Shown here: piece after piece, positions 53,171 through 64,000 of the stretch
How positions within the stretch are numbered: position 1 is the first letter of the stretch
How the letters are laid out: each line of letters begins with the position of its first letter
Source: Octopus sinensis
Taxonomy: Eukaryota
DNA length: 64,000 bases
Reading direction: 5' to 3'
Assembly (NCBI RefSeq): GCF_006345805.1
Contig: NC_043001.1
Location: 90,396,001 to 90,460,000, forward strand
Notes under the pieces: model-generated
What the model saw: the letters and a program-made list of their open reading frames with translations, nothing else
The model's database searches: none
Told to the model about the DNA's origin: nothing
Program-made: the position numbers and the translations under genes

Positions 53171-54539
53171 TTTCCTCCTGCATCTAGCAGCTCACCTGAT
53201 GTATTGAATAATTGACGAGTCCACATGTTTCAAATTAAACATACAATCCGCCCGATAAGTCCCTATACACTTTCTACGTACCCAGTTTCCCTAAAAAAAT
53301 ATAGATCTAATCGAGGTTATAGAAAATTACGTTACCCCAGCATACTACACAGTAAGATCGATCCCGGAACTTCGTGGTTGCGAAGCAAGCTTCTTAACCA
53401 TTCAGCCTTACTGCACCTACTCATCTGATATAATACAGAAACAAAAATACAAGCATTTCAATCTGCAGCGGATTTGGAAAACAGTTAACAACGTTAGCAG
53501 CTAATCTTCTCCTCCAACGCCGTACTGAGTTACCGCTTGTATGAACATTAAGTGCGTGTCAGTTACAGCTAGTAGTTACGCAACAAAGCTTTAATGTAAT
53601 AGAACTAGTTCACTGGTTGATACCTTGGCTGGCGAATATCATTTGAAAATAGTTTCTTACATATCTAACTGGACGTCAGTACATGAATAAAACAGCCAGG
53701 TGCAGTTTATAACAATTTGAGAAAATATAAAAAAGAAAGAAAGAAAAAACTATTAGAAATTATCTATACATGTACACACCCACACGTTCATAGATACATA
53801 GACACACACACACATTCATTCATTCACAAGTATTCAGTCAGATACAAAGACACACACTCACATACACAGACCATACATGCACATGCACACACACATAGAC
53901 ACAGGTGCACGCACATACACAAACACAAACACGCACACGACACAAACACTTACTCACGCACACACACTCATGCACACACATATATATATAAGAGCTATGA
54001 ACGAAACTCTCGGTCCCTGCGTACTTTTGTAAATTTTCTACTGCTTCAAAATTGTGCGTATATATTTATATATGTATATATGTATACGCAGGCAAACATA
54101 TATACGTAAATATACCTACACACACGTGCACATGCACATGCGCATACACTTACATACAAAAAATGCACATTCAAGCATACTCACAAAGATACCAAATACA
54201 AGATTAGAAACATACCAGACATTCATGCATCGGCTTACATATACACGCATGCGCACGCGCCCACACACATACACAGAGTCGTGTGCACATACAATACATA
54301 TACTCGTGCTCCAACCACTTTCCTAATATCATCAAGCGTATTTTGAATAATATTAGGGAATGTATCTCTAGTTTATCCTCTAGTAAGGTGATGTTCGATA
54401 TAGCAACCCCTTCCCATCATATTTAAGCGCCGAAGCAAGAGTAGCTTTAATGATAGAATTACGGAATTAGGTATATGAAGCGAAACCTCCACTAGCTCCA
54501 AGAAAAAAGATTGAACTAGAAAAATTATATGGTGTAACC

Positions 54540-54660
54540 CACCATTCAATTAAGCTTTTTCCACAAATGTGGCTAGGTTCTTTGTATCTTTAGTTAATAA
54601 GCATTTCCACGTTTCACATAGATACAACAGGATTTCATAAGAACACTTAAAATTAGCAGT
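54540..54660 (-). pseudogene. Possible RTE-like RT C-terminal remnant
   Basis: ILLYLCETW...KNLATFVEK resembles LLYGCETW...LATFERK. Confidence 0.4.
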
Positions 54661-55274
54661 AATTGCCTCGGCAATATAGGACCCAGACCTTGAACCAGAA
54701 TAATGCAGTGAGTCATTATCCGCGTCAACCCTTACACGAATGCACTTTTAGAATAGCGGTGAGTTGTCCCGTTAATAACTCTCGAAAATGGTGTACAGAG
54801 CTGACGGCGGGCCAAGTAAAGTAGACATCGGGATGATGGAGAATAACGTCAAGGTCCGCTTCGAACAGTATGTCACTACGTTTGACATAGAAATAATGGA
54901 ACTCCACTTCTTTGCCTAAATAGAGAACCCCTCCATAACGTACAGTATAGCTGCCAACACGAGGATGCATAGCGGCCGCAACGCTTTGCTCTACCTGTAC
55001 AAAACATAGAAACTGAAGATACTAGTACTTAACGTCAGCACCATGAACAAGGGAAGGGACATTTTAAGTTCTCTGCTTGCGAAAAAATTGCGAAAGGAAT
55101 ACGTTCAAACGTATTCCTTTCCCAGAGCACATATCTTTGCCGGAGAGATTTTATCAACAAACCGAGATTTTATCTACAAATCGAGTTCATCAAAAGTCGA
55201 ATCCCCTTATGTGCACTAGATCTACGACCATCATTATTACGCAGAAGAACATGCAGATATGCACTTGAAATGCA

Positions 55275-55394
55275 GGCTTATACCATTCAACGGCGTCCTT
55301 GAGCGCTAGATGGTCGGACTATTTAAACTGCTTGAGGTTTGGTTTGATCCATACAGCCAAGTGGACAAGAACTGGGAAAAGGTGACAAGCTTTG
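55275..55394 (+). pseudogene. Tx1/L1-like RT fragment running into the gap
   Basis: KLLEVWFDP...DKNWEKVTS resembles KLLGVWFG...NW. Confidence 0.55.
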
Positions 55395-55494
55395 NNNNNN
55401 NNNNNNNNNNNNNNNNNNNNNNNNNNNNNNNNNNNNNNNNNNNNNNNNNNNNNNNNNNNNNNNNNNNNNNNNNNNNNNNNNNNNNNNNNNNNNN
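55395..55494. other. Assembly gap (100 N)
   Basis: Run of N. Confidence 1.
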
Positions 55495-56959
55495 GCCTGT
55501 TTGACCCCGGAAGACTTTCGGTCAGGAACTTTGAATAATATGAAGAAATACCTGGTTTGCAGAACTACTGAAATCCATTGCCATATATCGTCACAGCAAA
55601 GTGAATTGAGCCATCGAGAGTCAAGTATATTTACCGAAGATGCAACACTATTAATTACATGACACTTCTGATATTACTTTGCAGATTTTTTATATTGAAG
55701 CATTCAGAATTTTACTAAATCTCATTAACATTAACACAATTTATAGTTAGATTCTAGTTTTTACTAATTCATTCAGTCACGCTCTCTCGTCATATAGCTG
55801 CAATGCTTAATTAATTTAATCATCATTGGCAAAAGCTGTTCTTTGAATCATTAAATATATATTACAAAGAAGACAATGAGGCAAAATAATGACGGCGTAC
55901 ATTTCAATGTAGTGTGTTGACCTTTGACTTTTATATATGTTTTTCTATTACTTAACCAAAGGGTGAGGGACAGTACCCATGATATTCGCCGTTTCATATG
56001 CTGAAGATATAACTAGTTGATTTTCAATTGAAGAATCTATAGCTCGTGACTCCTAAGGACGACGGAGATAAGGAGAGGATCTAGCAGACAAACGTTCTGG
56101 GGAGGAATAATTAATTGTTCAGTGAGGGATCTGAGAAATAAGATACAGTTGATATCAAGAGAGAAAAGGCTTCGAGTAGGTGGAAGAAACAGGGAATCTA
56201 CGAATAAGTGGCTGTTGTATGTTAGTGAGTGACTCTTTTCCTATCAATCGAACAGTTGTCTATTAGTTGCAATCCAGGTCTAGAATGTTTGTGTGCGGCA
56301 TTAACACCGTCCCACGTATATGGATCGCCCTTGAGCTTTGTAAATTTTCAGAGAGTATTTCTGTCCTTTGGGATGCAAATTCGACTACCCGACCCGAGTA
56401 TTGAAACGATGAAAAGTCTATGATCTTTTGAAAACCGGAAGGTAGATCAATGTCTCTAAAGACGAATATCAGTGGTTTGGGCCAGTTGCTGTCTACCTCA
56501 TAGCGGGGATAGGACAGCCATAGTTCTCTAGGTTTTTGGAGTTCTTTCTGGGCATATTGGCGTCGTTAACTGTAATGAATGACTCGAAATGCATATCATA
56601 TGCGCATTATGATCGTGTAGAACTAGTGCTGAGGAGGGAGAAATGCAAGAGCTTTTAAAATATGATCAGATGATTCCCTCTATCCAACAGATATCCACTG
56701 CACTACTCTGAATGCATCACCATGAGTTTTAGAAAATTGCAATGGATAGTTTAGATCGTACAAGCAGAGGTTACTTTCCAAACAGTGCGTGAGAACAACG
56801 TACATAGTTAACACTTTCAACTCGTTGTCTACACAGATTACACTGAACACTCAACCAAAACATAACATATTGACAAGTACGCGCTTACTGAAAACCGAAC
56901 GCACAAATTTTCCGGGCACAAAGCCAACAGGACCGACATTAACAAGCTTGCCTTGTGGC

Positions 56960-57205
56960 AATTGATAGAGAAATTGTAAAACGAGATAATTGGTAGGTAG
57001 TTAGAGTAGAATCAGTAAGGTTGATAACACTAGCATGTCACTTCTACTTGACAAAAGTTTACGGACACAACGCCTATAGGGACAATATTATTGTGCTTGT
57101 CATACGGGAATTAATAGAGAAATTGTAAACAAGAAATAATAGGTGAGTAGTTAGAGTAGAGTCAGTAAGGTAAGTAACAGTAGGAAGTCATATCTTTGAT
57201 GGAAT
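56960..57205. repeat. Two ~150-bp-period diverged direct repeats
   Basis: ATAGAGAAATTGTAAA...GTAGTTAGAGTAGA.TCAGTAAGGT occurs twice. Confidence 0.85.
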
Positions 57206-57959
57206 GTTGTCTGCCAAAACATTAATAACAATAACTGGTATATTGACAGTAGTGTCTCTGTCATTGTAGGCAGAAATTTCCCAAAGGACACAGCTTGTGA
57301 TATTTTGCTGTAACATTTATCATTGGTCTGTATGCTTACACTTCCGTATATTTCCCAGTGGACATGTTAACAAGCTTTAATATACTTAGTTATATATAAC
57401 AGTTGTTGCTGCCACAGTATATATTGTCCTACGACTTTACATCATTCCTGTTCTCTTTCATGAGGTTGCACTTCTCCTACCAGAATTCCACTATTCCTTT
57501 TTTGTGCATTTTTGTTCCAGAGTTCTCAGAAATGCTTGGCTTTCTCACATCTTTTTTCGCCTGTATTTTCGTAAATCTAACGGAAAGGATATTGGTTAAT
57601 TAAGAATACATTAAGGTTTTGCAATGAAATGTATGAAATATTGTTTCTGTGAACTTTCTATGTTCATTTTCTATTTAAGATTTTATTCTCTTCTTATTTT
57701 TGCATCGACCTTTTACTTATTCCATTGAAGCACAACAATAATGTGGGAGGTGAAAGAATCTTCTGCTCATATTTAGTTGTATGAGCATGTGACATCCTCT
57801 TTCATTTATTACCTTATCGCTTCCTTTTGTAGCTTCTGCAAGAACAAAAGCCATGTACAAAAGCATTCGGGGTAGCAAAAGCATAATTCTCCCTAATTTC
57901 CATACCTCAGGCAGATCCGAATATTTCTGAGACTCTTCTTTAAATTTCAACGTGAAAAG

Positions 57960-58105
57960 ATGACGCCAGTCCATCGCAGCTGGAGTGCAGAAACGTGAAA
58001 TGACGTGTTTTGTTCAAGAACACAACGCGTCGCCCGGTCCAGGAATCGAAACCACAATCTAATGATTATGTTGCTGACACCCTAACCACTAAGCCACACG
58101 CCTCC
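57960..58105 (-). mobile_element. SINE family D head followed by (GTA)n
   Basis: The reverse complement reads GGCGTGTGGCTTAGTGGTTAGGGTG...GGTTTCGATTCCTGG. Confidence 0.85.
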
Positions 58106-58111
58106 GCAGTA

Positions 58112-58192
<81 letters not shown>

Positions 58193-59342
58193 AAAAAGAA
58201 GAAGAAGAAGAAGAGTATATGATGGCATAATTGCAATTGGCTGGGTGGTGATTAATAAAATAATCTCTCATATTTATATCGTTGTTCCTGTGAAAAAACT
58301 GTTCCTCACCCACTCAGTACACACGCATACGGCTGTTGTACGTTCAACACCACTCCTAGACATCCTGGCTTCCTTCTTCCAACTATAGCCATTATCATCA
58401 TAGCCGTTATCATTATCGTTTATTTATTTATTTTCTGGAAAGTGTATTGCGATTCTTGGCATCAAATGAAGACAGAACGTAAGTAATAATAATCTAGAAG
58501 TAAAAGAAAGAAAAAATAATACACAAGAAAGCCAAAGAAAAAGAAAGGATTACAAAAATGAAAGATAATAATAGAAAAAAAAAAGAAAGAAATAGCGGCC
58601 ACTAAATTGTTCTTCTGGAACCTTCAGTATGACCTTAATAATTCCTCAAAGTTAGATTTAACAATACCAAACGTTTGCCAATACGAGAGAAAAAAATTAT
58701 CACTTTTGACTTTGCAGTTATTTTTATGTTTTCCTGGAAATATCATCATTATCGTCATTATTATTGCTATTATTATTATATGAAATATTGTACGTGCAAA
58801 CTTCCTGTCCTCCGATGTTAGTCGGCGGGGATGATGTTATTATAAGCTTGTATGTGTACTGAGAGTCGCCGACAAAGTTGAAACTATCTTCATAAACGTA
58901 GGAAATTGCTATCCATCTGCAAACAAGAGTTATCGGAAGCAAACACCGCTTTCAATCCTAGACAAGCATCGAGATAGAAAGAAAGAAATTTATATAATGT
59001 AAAGTCATAACGATTGGTTAGCGCGATGAAAAAAGAATCGTCGCACTGCCCACTTTTCATTTTATATATTTTATCTATGTTATAAAAGATATTGTTATAC
59101 AGTACCGGAGCTCTTATCCGGCTTCCAGAAATCCGGGAATACTGTACAATATCGTGTAATATACTGTATCCAGCATTAAGTAAACGCACCTTGTTTTTGA
59201 ATGTGGTCAACTTGCAACTGTGTGTTAAAAATAGTTTTGTCCTTTATTTTCTAAGTGGATTGGGAAAGATTAAACACACCCAGCTTTAGATAAGTATCAA
59301 TTTATTTTTGTCAATGAAATAAAATCCTGTTTTAGACATGTA

Positions 59343-59544
59343 CGAGGGGATACTGAAAAGCTCCTGGCTTTAAGGGTATCGCGAATGGCTTGGGTTGGAG
59401 GCCCAACCTTCCGAGTTCTTCTACAGGGCTTAGAAAAACTGAAAGACTGCTGCAATGAGGGGAATATGTTATATAAAATTATAATTAACTGATCCTCCTG
59501 TGTTTTCTTTTACCCAAATCCAGGAACTTTTCAGCATCCCCTCG
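59343..59544. mobile_element. mariner-derived MITE
   Basis: TIRs TA|CGAGGGGATACTGAAAAGCTCCTGG and CCAGGAACTTTTCAGCATCCCCTCG. Confidence 0.85.
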
Positions 59545-60354
59545 AATTCAGGATCTCTTGAAAATTGGAAAATCCAGAAATCCGGGTCACTATTGGTCCC
59601 AAGCTTGATGATATTTGGTCTGATACTGTATTTTGGAAGAAATCACAAGTGATTAAGGCCATAAACATACTCACCAGTTGTTTGTCTATTATTCACTACT
59701 CTTTATTTTTCAAAATTGTCACGAAAAAATTTTTGCAGTGTATGTAACCATTCGGTAAGCTACAGACTGGTGTAGCGAGAAATATTTTGGGGAACTGTTT
59801 TAAAGAAGAAAGAGAAATAAAACAGAGATAAATAATACGTCAGTGTGTTTTTCAAGCTTTATTAATTACGAGCAAAACGCCCCCCCCCCCGTCCAATGGA
59901 CGGTGCTGAGTTGTCAAATATTTAAACCAAATTTTCTCAAAACAACTTGTCCGATCGTCCCATAGGCCTCCCCTTTGAGAAACACTGATTTAACCTAAAT
60001 TTGAGACACCAGCAAAAGAAGAAATAAAGATAGACTTTTTTCTATTCACACAAATATACAACCGAAGGGTTTAAAGTACCAGTAATGATAAGGCTGTTGA
60101 CTGGAGAACACAAACATGGTTTAAACAGTAAGCTTGGCAGGAAAGAAACGAGTTATCTTTCCATTAAAAAATAATAAAGTATGCCTTTATTTCAATTTAA
60201 TTTTTGGTTTTGTTAAACGAAGTTAAGGCAAAAAAAAAAATTCTTGAGAAACCAAATAGTCTTTCCTTCCTTCATGCCAAGTTTGAAGAAAATATCTCTT
60301 TTGAATCTTACTTTTTTTGGTCTCTTAAATATACTGCATTTTGTGGCATTATTT

Positions 60355-60633
60355 CAAACCAGCCGGCTTTTTTGCGCAAAATGCACGTGCATTTTTCTCG
60401 CGTACGTGTAGTATCGATCGCAACAGCTGAAATACTTGCGCATACAAATGCACGTTCCCAGTGTTTTATCGATCGCATTCTCACCTTTGTAATATTTGTA
60501 ATTTTTTAAAGACTTATACACGCCCTGATACCGTCGGTATCTGCATATCAAATTTGAGCGCAATCAGATGGAGGATGCCCGAGATCCTAAAAGACACACA
60601 CAAAGACAGACAGAACGAATTTTATATAATAGA
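60355..60633 (-). mobile_element. Non-autonomous Helitron-like 5' portion
   Basis: The minus strand starts A|TCTATTATATAAAA..TCTGTCTGTC, like the 16722 element. Confidence 0.55.
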
Positions 60634-60749
60634 TTATTTTTTCCCCAAATATAACAGCATTGGTTTCAACAAAGATTCCATATCAAACTTGTTGCAAAAC
60701 AAATTCAAAATCAAATTATTTGAAAGACTTTCTAATAAATCTTTCAATA

Positions 60750-60826
60750 TGCGTGTAATCCTGCTGTAGAAAGTGTAATAGCATCAAAGTGCGTGTAATC
60801 CGTAGGTGAAAGTGTAATAGCATCAG
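60750..60826. repeat. 40-bp tandem duplication
   Basis: GCGTGTAATCC...GAAAGTGTAATAGCATCA occurs twice. Confidence 0.85.
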
Positions 60827-60927
60827 CAGAATAACGCTTGAAAGAGTTTTACGTATAAAATATATATACGTTTCAGAAGGAGCCAAATATTAACCTGGAC
60901 ATCTGGATGACGAGTTATCTTCGCAAT

Positions 60928-61019
<92 letters not shown>

Positions 61020-61055
61020 CAGATAAATAGATATATGGATGGATATATATGTGTG

Positions 61056-61094
<39 letters not shown>

Positions 61095-61095
<1 letters not shown>

Positions 61096-61509
61096 AGTAT
61101 AGGAAAGAATGGAGCTGAACGAAGATTTAACAAAATTCCTTTATTTTATTTTCGACATATGTTTCGAAGTCTGCAAAATCCCTAATTCCGAATGAATAAG
61201 GAGTCCATTATGCAGCTTTCTCTTCAGGAAAATCCAGGAACTTCTTTTGCCAACAAAATGCACAACAAGTTTTTAGATGACTGCTCACGAGGAGCCCATA
61301 GCGATAATGATAAATAATGTCTATTTATAGGGGGTGAAGTCAGATTGGTTTAATGTAGGAGAAACTGGCAGTTAAAGGGTTCAAGGGTTCAATCGAGGTT
61401 GGAGAAGGGAGGTAAAGAATATTAAGTTGAGGGAATGTATTCTGTTTGACTGGTGTTTATATTTGATTTATTTTATGAATGAGTGCTCGTACGAGCACTC
61501 ATTCATAAA
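61095..61509 (-). mobile_element. Penelope-type pLTR remnant with HHR and palindromic 5' junction
   Basis: HHR at 61148-61233 and a perfect 38-bp palindrome at 61472-61509. Flanked by (TA)n and (AAT)n. Confidence 0.7.
61148..61233 (-). ncRNA. Type I hammerhead ribozyme with extended stem II
   Basis: AUUUUC-CUGAAGA-GAAAGCUGCA...UGCAGACUUC-GAAA-CAUAUG-UC-GAAAAU. Confidence 0.85.
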
Positions 61510-61518
61510 TATATATAA

Positions 61519-61560
<42 letters not shown>

Positions 61561-61613
61561 TAATAATAATAATGATGATGATGATGATGATGATAATAAT
61601 AATAATGATTTTG

Positions 61614-61649
<36 letters not shown>

Positions 61650-61756
61650 TAATAATAATAATAATAATAATAAGTGATAACAAAAGAATGAGACCTCGAT
61701 ATTAGGTAAATAGAGGATATGTATATATGTATAGTTTAGGATAATAAGTTGTCATA

Positions 61757-61812
<56 letters not shown>

Positions 61813-62433
61813 TATATTATATTTTATATTTTTTGTATGTGTATATGTGCGTTTATACGTGTATTGAACCATCAACACTCAACCCTTTAGTTAATCAAAC
61901 CATATTATCACTACTTAATTTGCAACCTAGTCAGCATCTTACAAGTGGCACACTGTGCACCGGTACAGGTTATGCTTTCAAGGTGAAGAGAATGGGTTTT
62001 GTCCAGCACAAGCAAATTCCACTTTAAATCAACTCATAGTACAGGTCATTCTTGCCTAAGCTTTACACGTGTGATGGTAAGAAGTAGATGGTCGTTCTGT
62101 GAAACTCGTGAGCAATTTCACAGTCCGTGTTCTCTTCTTAGCTACGATGCAGCCTATTTAGGATGGTACTACTTTCCCTTGTGTGGGGAGAAGGCTAGAA
62201 AACGTGCTCTAAAAATTGCTCACTCACACAATTCTGTCATTATACTGTGAATGACTGGACTTTCAACTATGCAATCGAAAAAATATAAAGAAGACAAAGG
62301 GAAAAGGGTAGAGAAACAGATATGAGTATGGCAGCTTTGAATATATGCACACTTCAGGGCAACAAGAAGCATCCTGAATGCAAAACAGCACTTATAGCTC
62401 GGTTTCTGAGAAGTAAAAATATTAGTATTGCTT

Positions 62434-62585
62434 ACATTATTTACATTATTTACAATTGACGGATATTTGTCCTCATCTTGTTGGTTGTTACCACAACGTT
62501 TCGGCTGATATACCCTCCAGCCTTCACCAGGTGTCTTGGGGAAATTTCGAACCTGGGTTCTCATTCCTAAAGTATTTTTCGATGT
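62434..62585 (-). mobile_element. Second copy of the 39403 element body; HHR with A6G change at 62492-62534
   Basis: CAC-CUGGUGA-A-GGCUG(gaggguauau)CAGCC-GAAA-CG-UU-GUG. Confidence 0.85.
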
Positions 62586-63090
62586 AGCAGACATCAAAAT
62601 AAAGCTAAAGATCAATGCACAAAATACCTATATTGACTTATTGAGAAATTTACAGATACTTCATCCGATCTACAAGTTTAGATTTAAGCTCATAATTATT
62701 GGAGCATTTGGTTATTTAACAGACTGTCTCAGCACCAATTTTCTGAAATTAGAAATCTCAAAATTACAAAGGAGAAAGGTAATTAGAAGACTACAGATAC
62801 AAGCCATCAAATGGAGCTGTCAAAATTTGTAGAAACTTTCCAGGAGTTTAACTTTGAAGTACCTATGCACGTGTATATGCATGCAAGTATATGTATGAGC
62901 ATATATAAATAAAACATGCAGAGGTTCACATGTACTGATGCCAAAAGGTTGCACGTATACGTGCATGCATGCATGTACAAGTGCCGTGCTGATGTTGATG
63001 AAATTCCCAGAAAGGTGAGTGGGATCTAGGTTAGAGACCAGCTCTTTTACCATTGGTGAGAAATCTAGAAAAAAAAAGCAATTCTGCATA
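62586..63090 (+). mobile_element. R4/Dong-like LINE 3' end
   Basis: NTYIDLLRNLQILHP.YKFRF..IIIGAFG...IRRLQIQAI, resembling a restriction-like endonuclease C-terminus. The 3' UTR resembles 36370-36465. Confidence 0.8.
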
Positions 63091-63178
63091 CATATCTACC
63101 TATGTACCTACATACATATATATACAGAGAAATATGCATACATATACACACACAAACATATATTCATACCTGTGTGTG

Positions 63179-63223
<45 letters not shown>

Positions 63224-64000
63224 GCATGTGTACATCTATTGTTTTTTCATCGTATTTGTCTTTTGTTTTGCATTTTATAATTTCTAAGCTGCATCCAAGA
63301 TAATTTCTAGAATTTTCTTTCCTTCTGTATCTCCATCAATTATTTTCTTTACATTTTGGATACCATCTTAATGCCATAATTTCATGAAATACTGTAATTT
63401 CGTTCAACACACATGGCTCACCACCATATTTTACATCCGTACGTACACACACGCTCAAGGTGCTGCATACATACATACATACAAATCAAAACTACTTAAT
63501 TCCTAATTCTTCTTTTCCATTGAAAGAATTCCTCGGCCAAATGTCTGAAAAATTTCAAGCTCATTTCAACTTTACTAAATCTAATAACGATAATTGGTTA
63601 TCTTTCATTCTCTTGGCCTCACTTCTAATTTGTTTTCTTCGAGGCTTTCTTTTTACTTTTAGTTTTTTCTCCCCTTCTGTTCTTCGATTAGTCTCTCCTT
63701 CAACTTGACTATTGTTCGCCAGTTAATTCAAACGGCTACTTTTTGGTCATTTTACTTATATTTATTTTAACTATCTTTGAAGATTTTCTTCGGCCTCAGT
63801 TTCAGTTTCTTTTTACGTCTGTTTCTCGCGCAAATACACACATTCAAAAGTCCACACACACACACACATACACACAGGCATATACACACATATACACACA
63901 TACAAGTAACCACATTTCTTCTACCTCATCGCTCTCTTCCTCTTTCTTTCTTTCTCTCACACACACACACATGCAGACACTGACACACTTACACTCACAA

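Noticed and set aside
57717-57974. 85-aa minus-strand ORF
   Set aside because: It starts inside a SINE remnant and shows no recognisable domain.
60862-60925. GAAACGTA with upstream GCGAAGA on the minus strand as an HHR
   Set aside because: The core and stems are too degenerate to support.

Overview
Eukaryotic, AT-rich, repeat-saturated non-coding DNA. The SINE families and microsatellite load resemble an octopod cephalopod (Octopus-like) genome; this is recognition from memory, not a database result. No intact host gene is supported: most listed ORFs are microsatellite translations or decayed transposon fragments. The window holds four tRNA-derived SINE families (about 25 copies) and LINE remnants (R4/Dong-like, Tx1/L1-like, RTE-like). 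It also holds a Penelope-like GIY-YIG fragment with an inverted pLTR, Tc1/mariner relics and MITEs, non-autonomous Helitrons, and a 100-N gap. The most notable hidden signal is 13 minimal type I hammerhead-ribozyme (HHR) motifs plus one partial inverted copy, in several unrelated small elements. Three carry the compensatory U3:A8 core, several sit in or beside long fold-back inverted repeats, and one family has a tRNA-like head. Also notable are two tandem ORF1-only (RRM + CCHC) retroelements with a covarying 3' UTR hairpin, and an R4-like LINE repeatedly found in (CATA)n tracts. Coordinates were read by eye and repeat boundaries are approximate.
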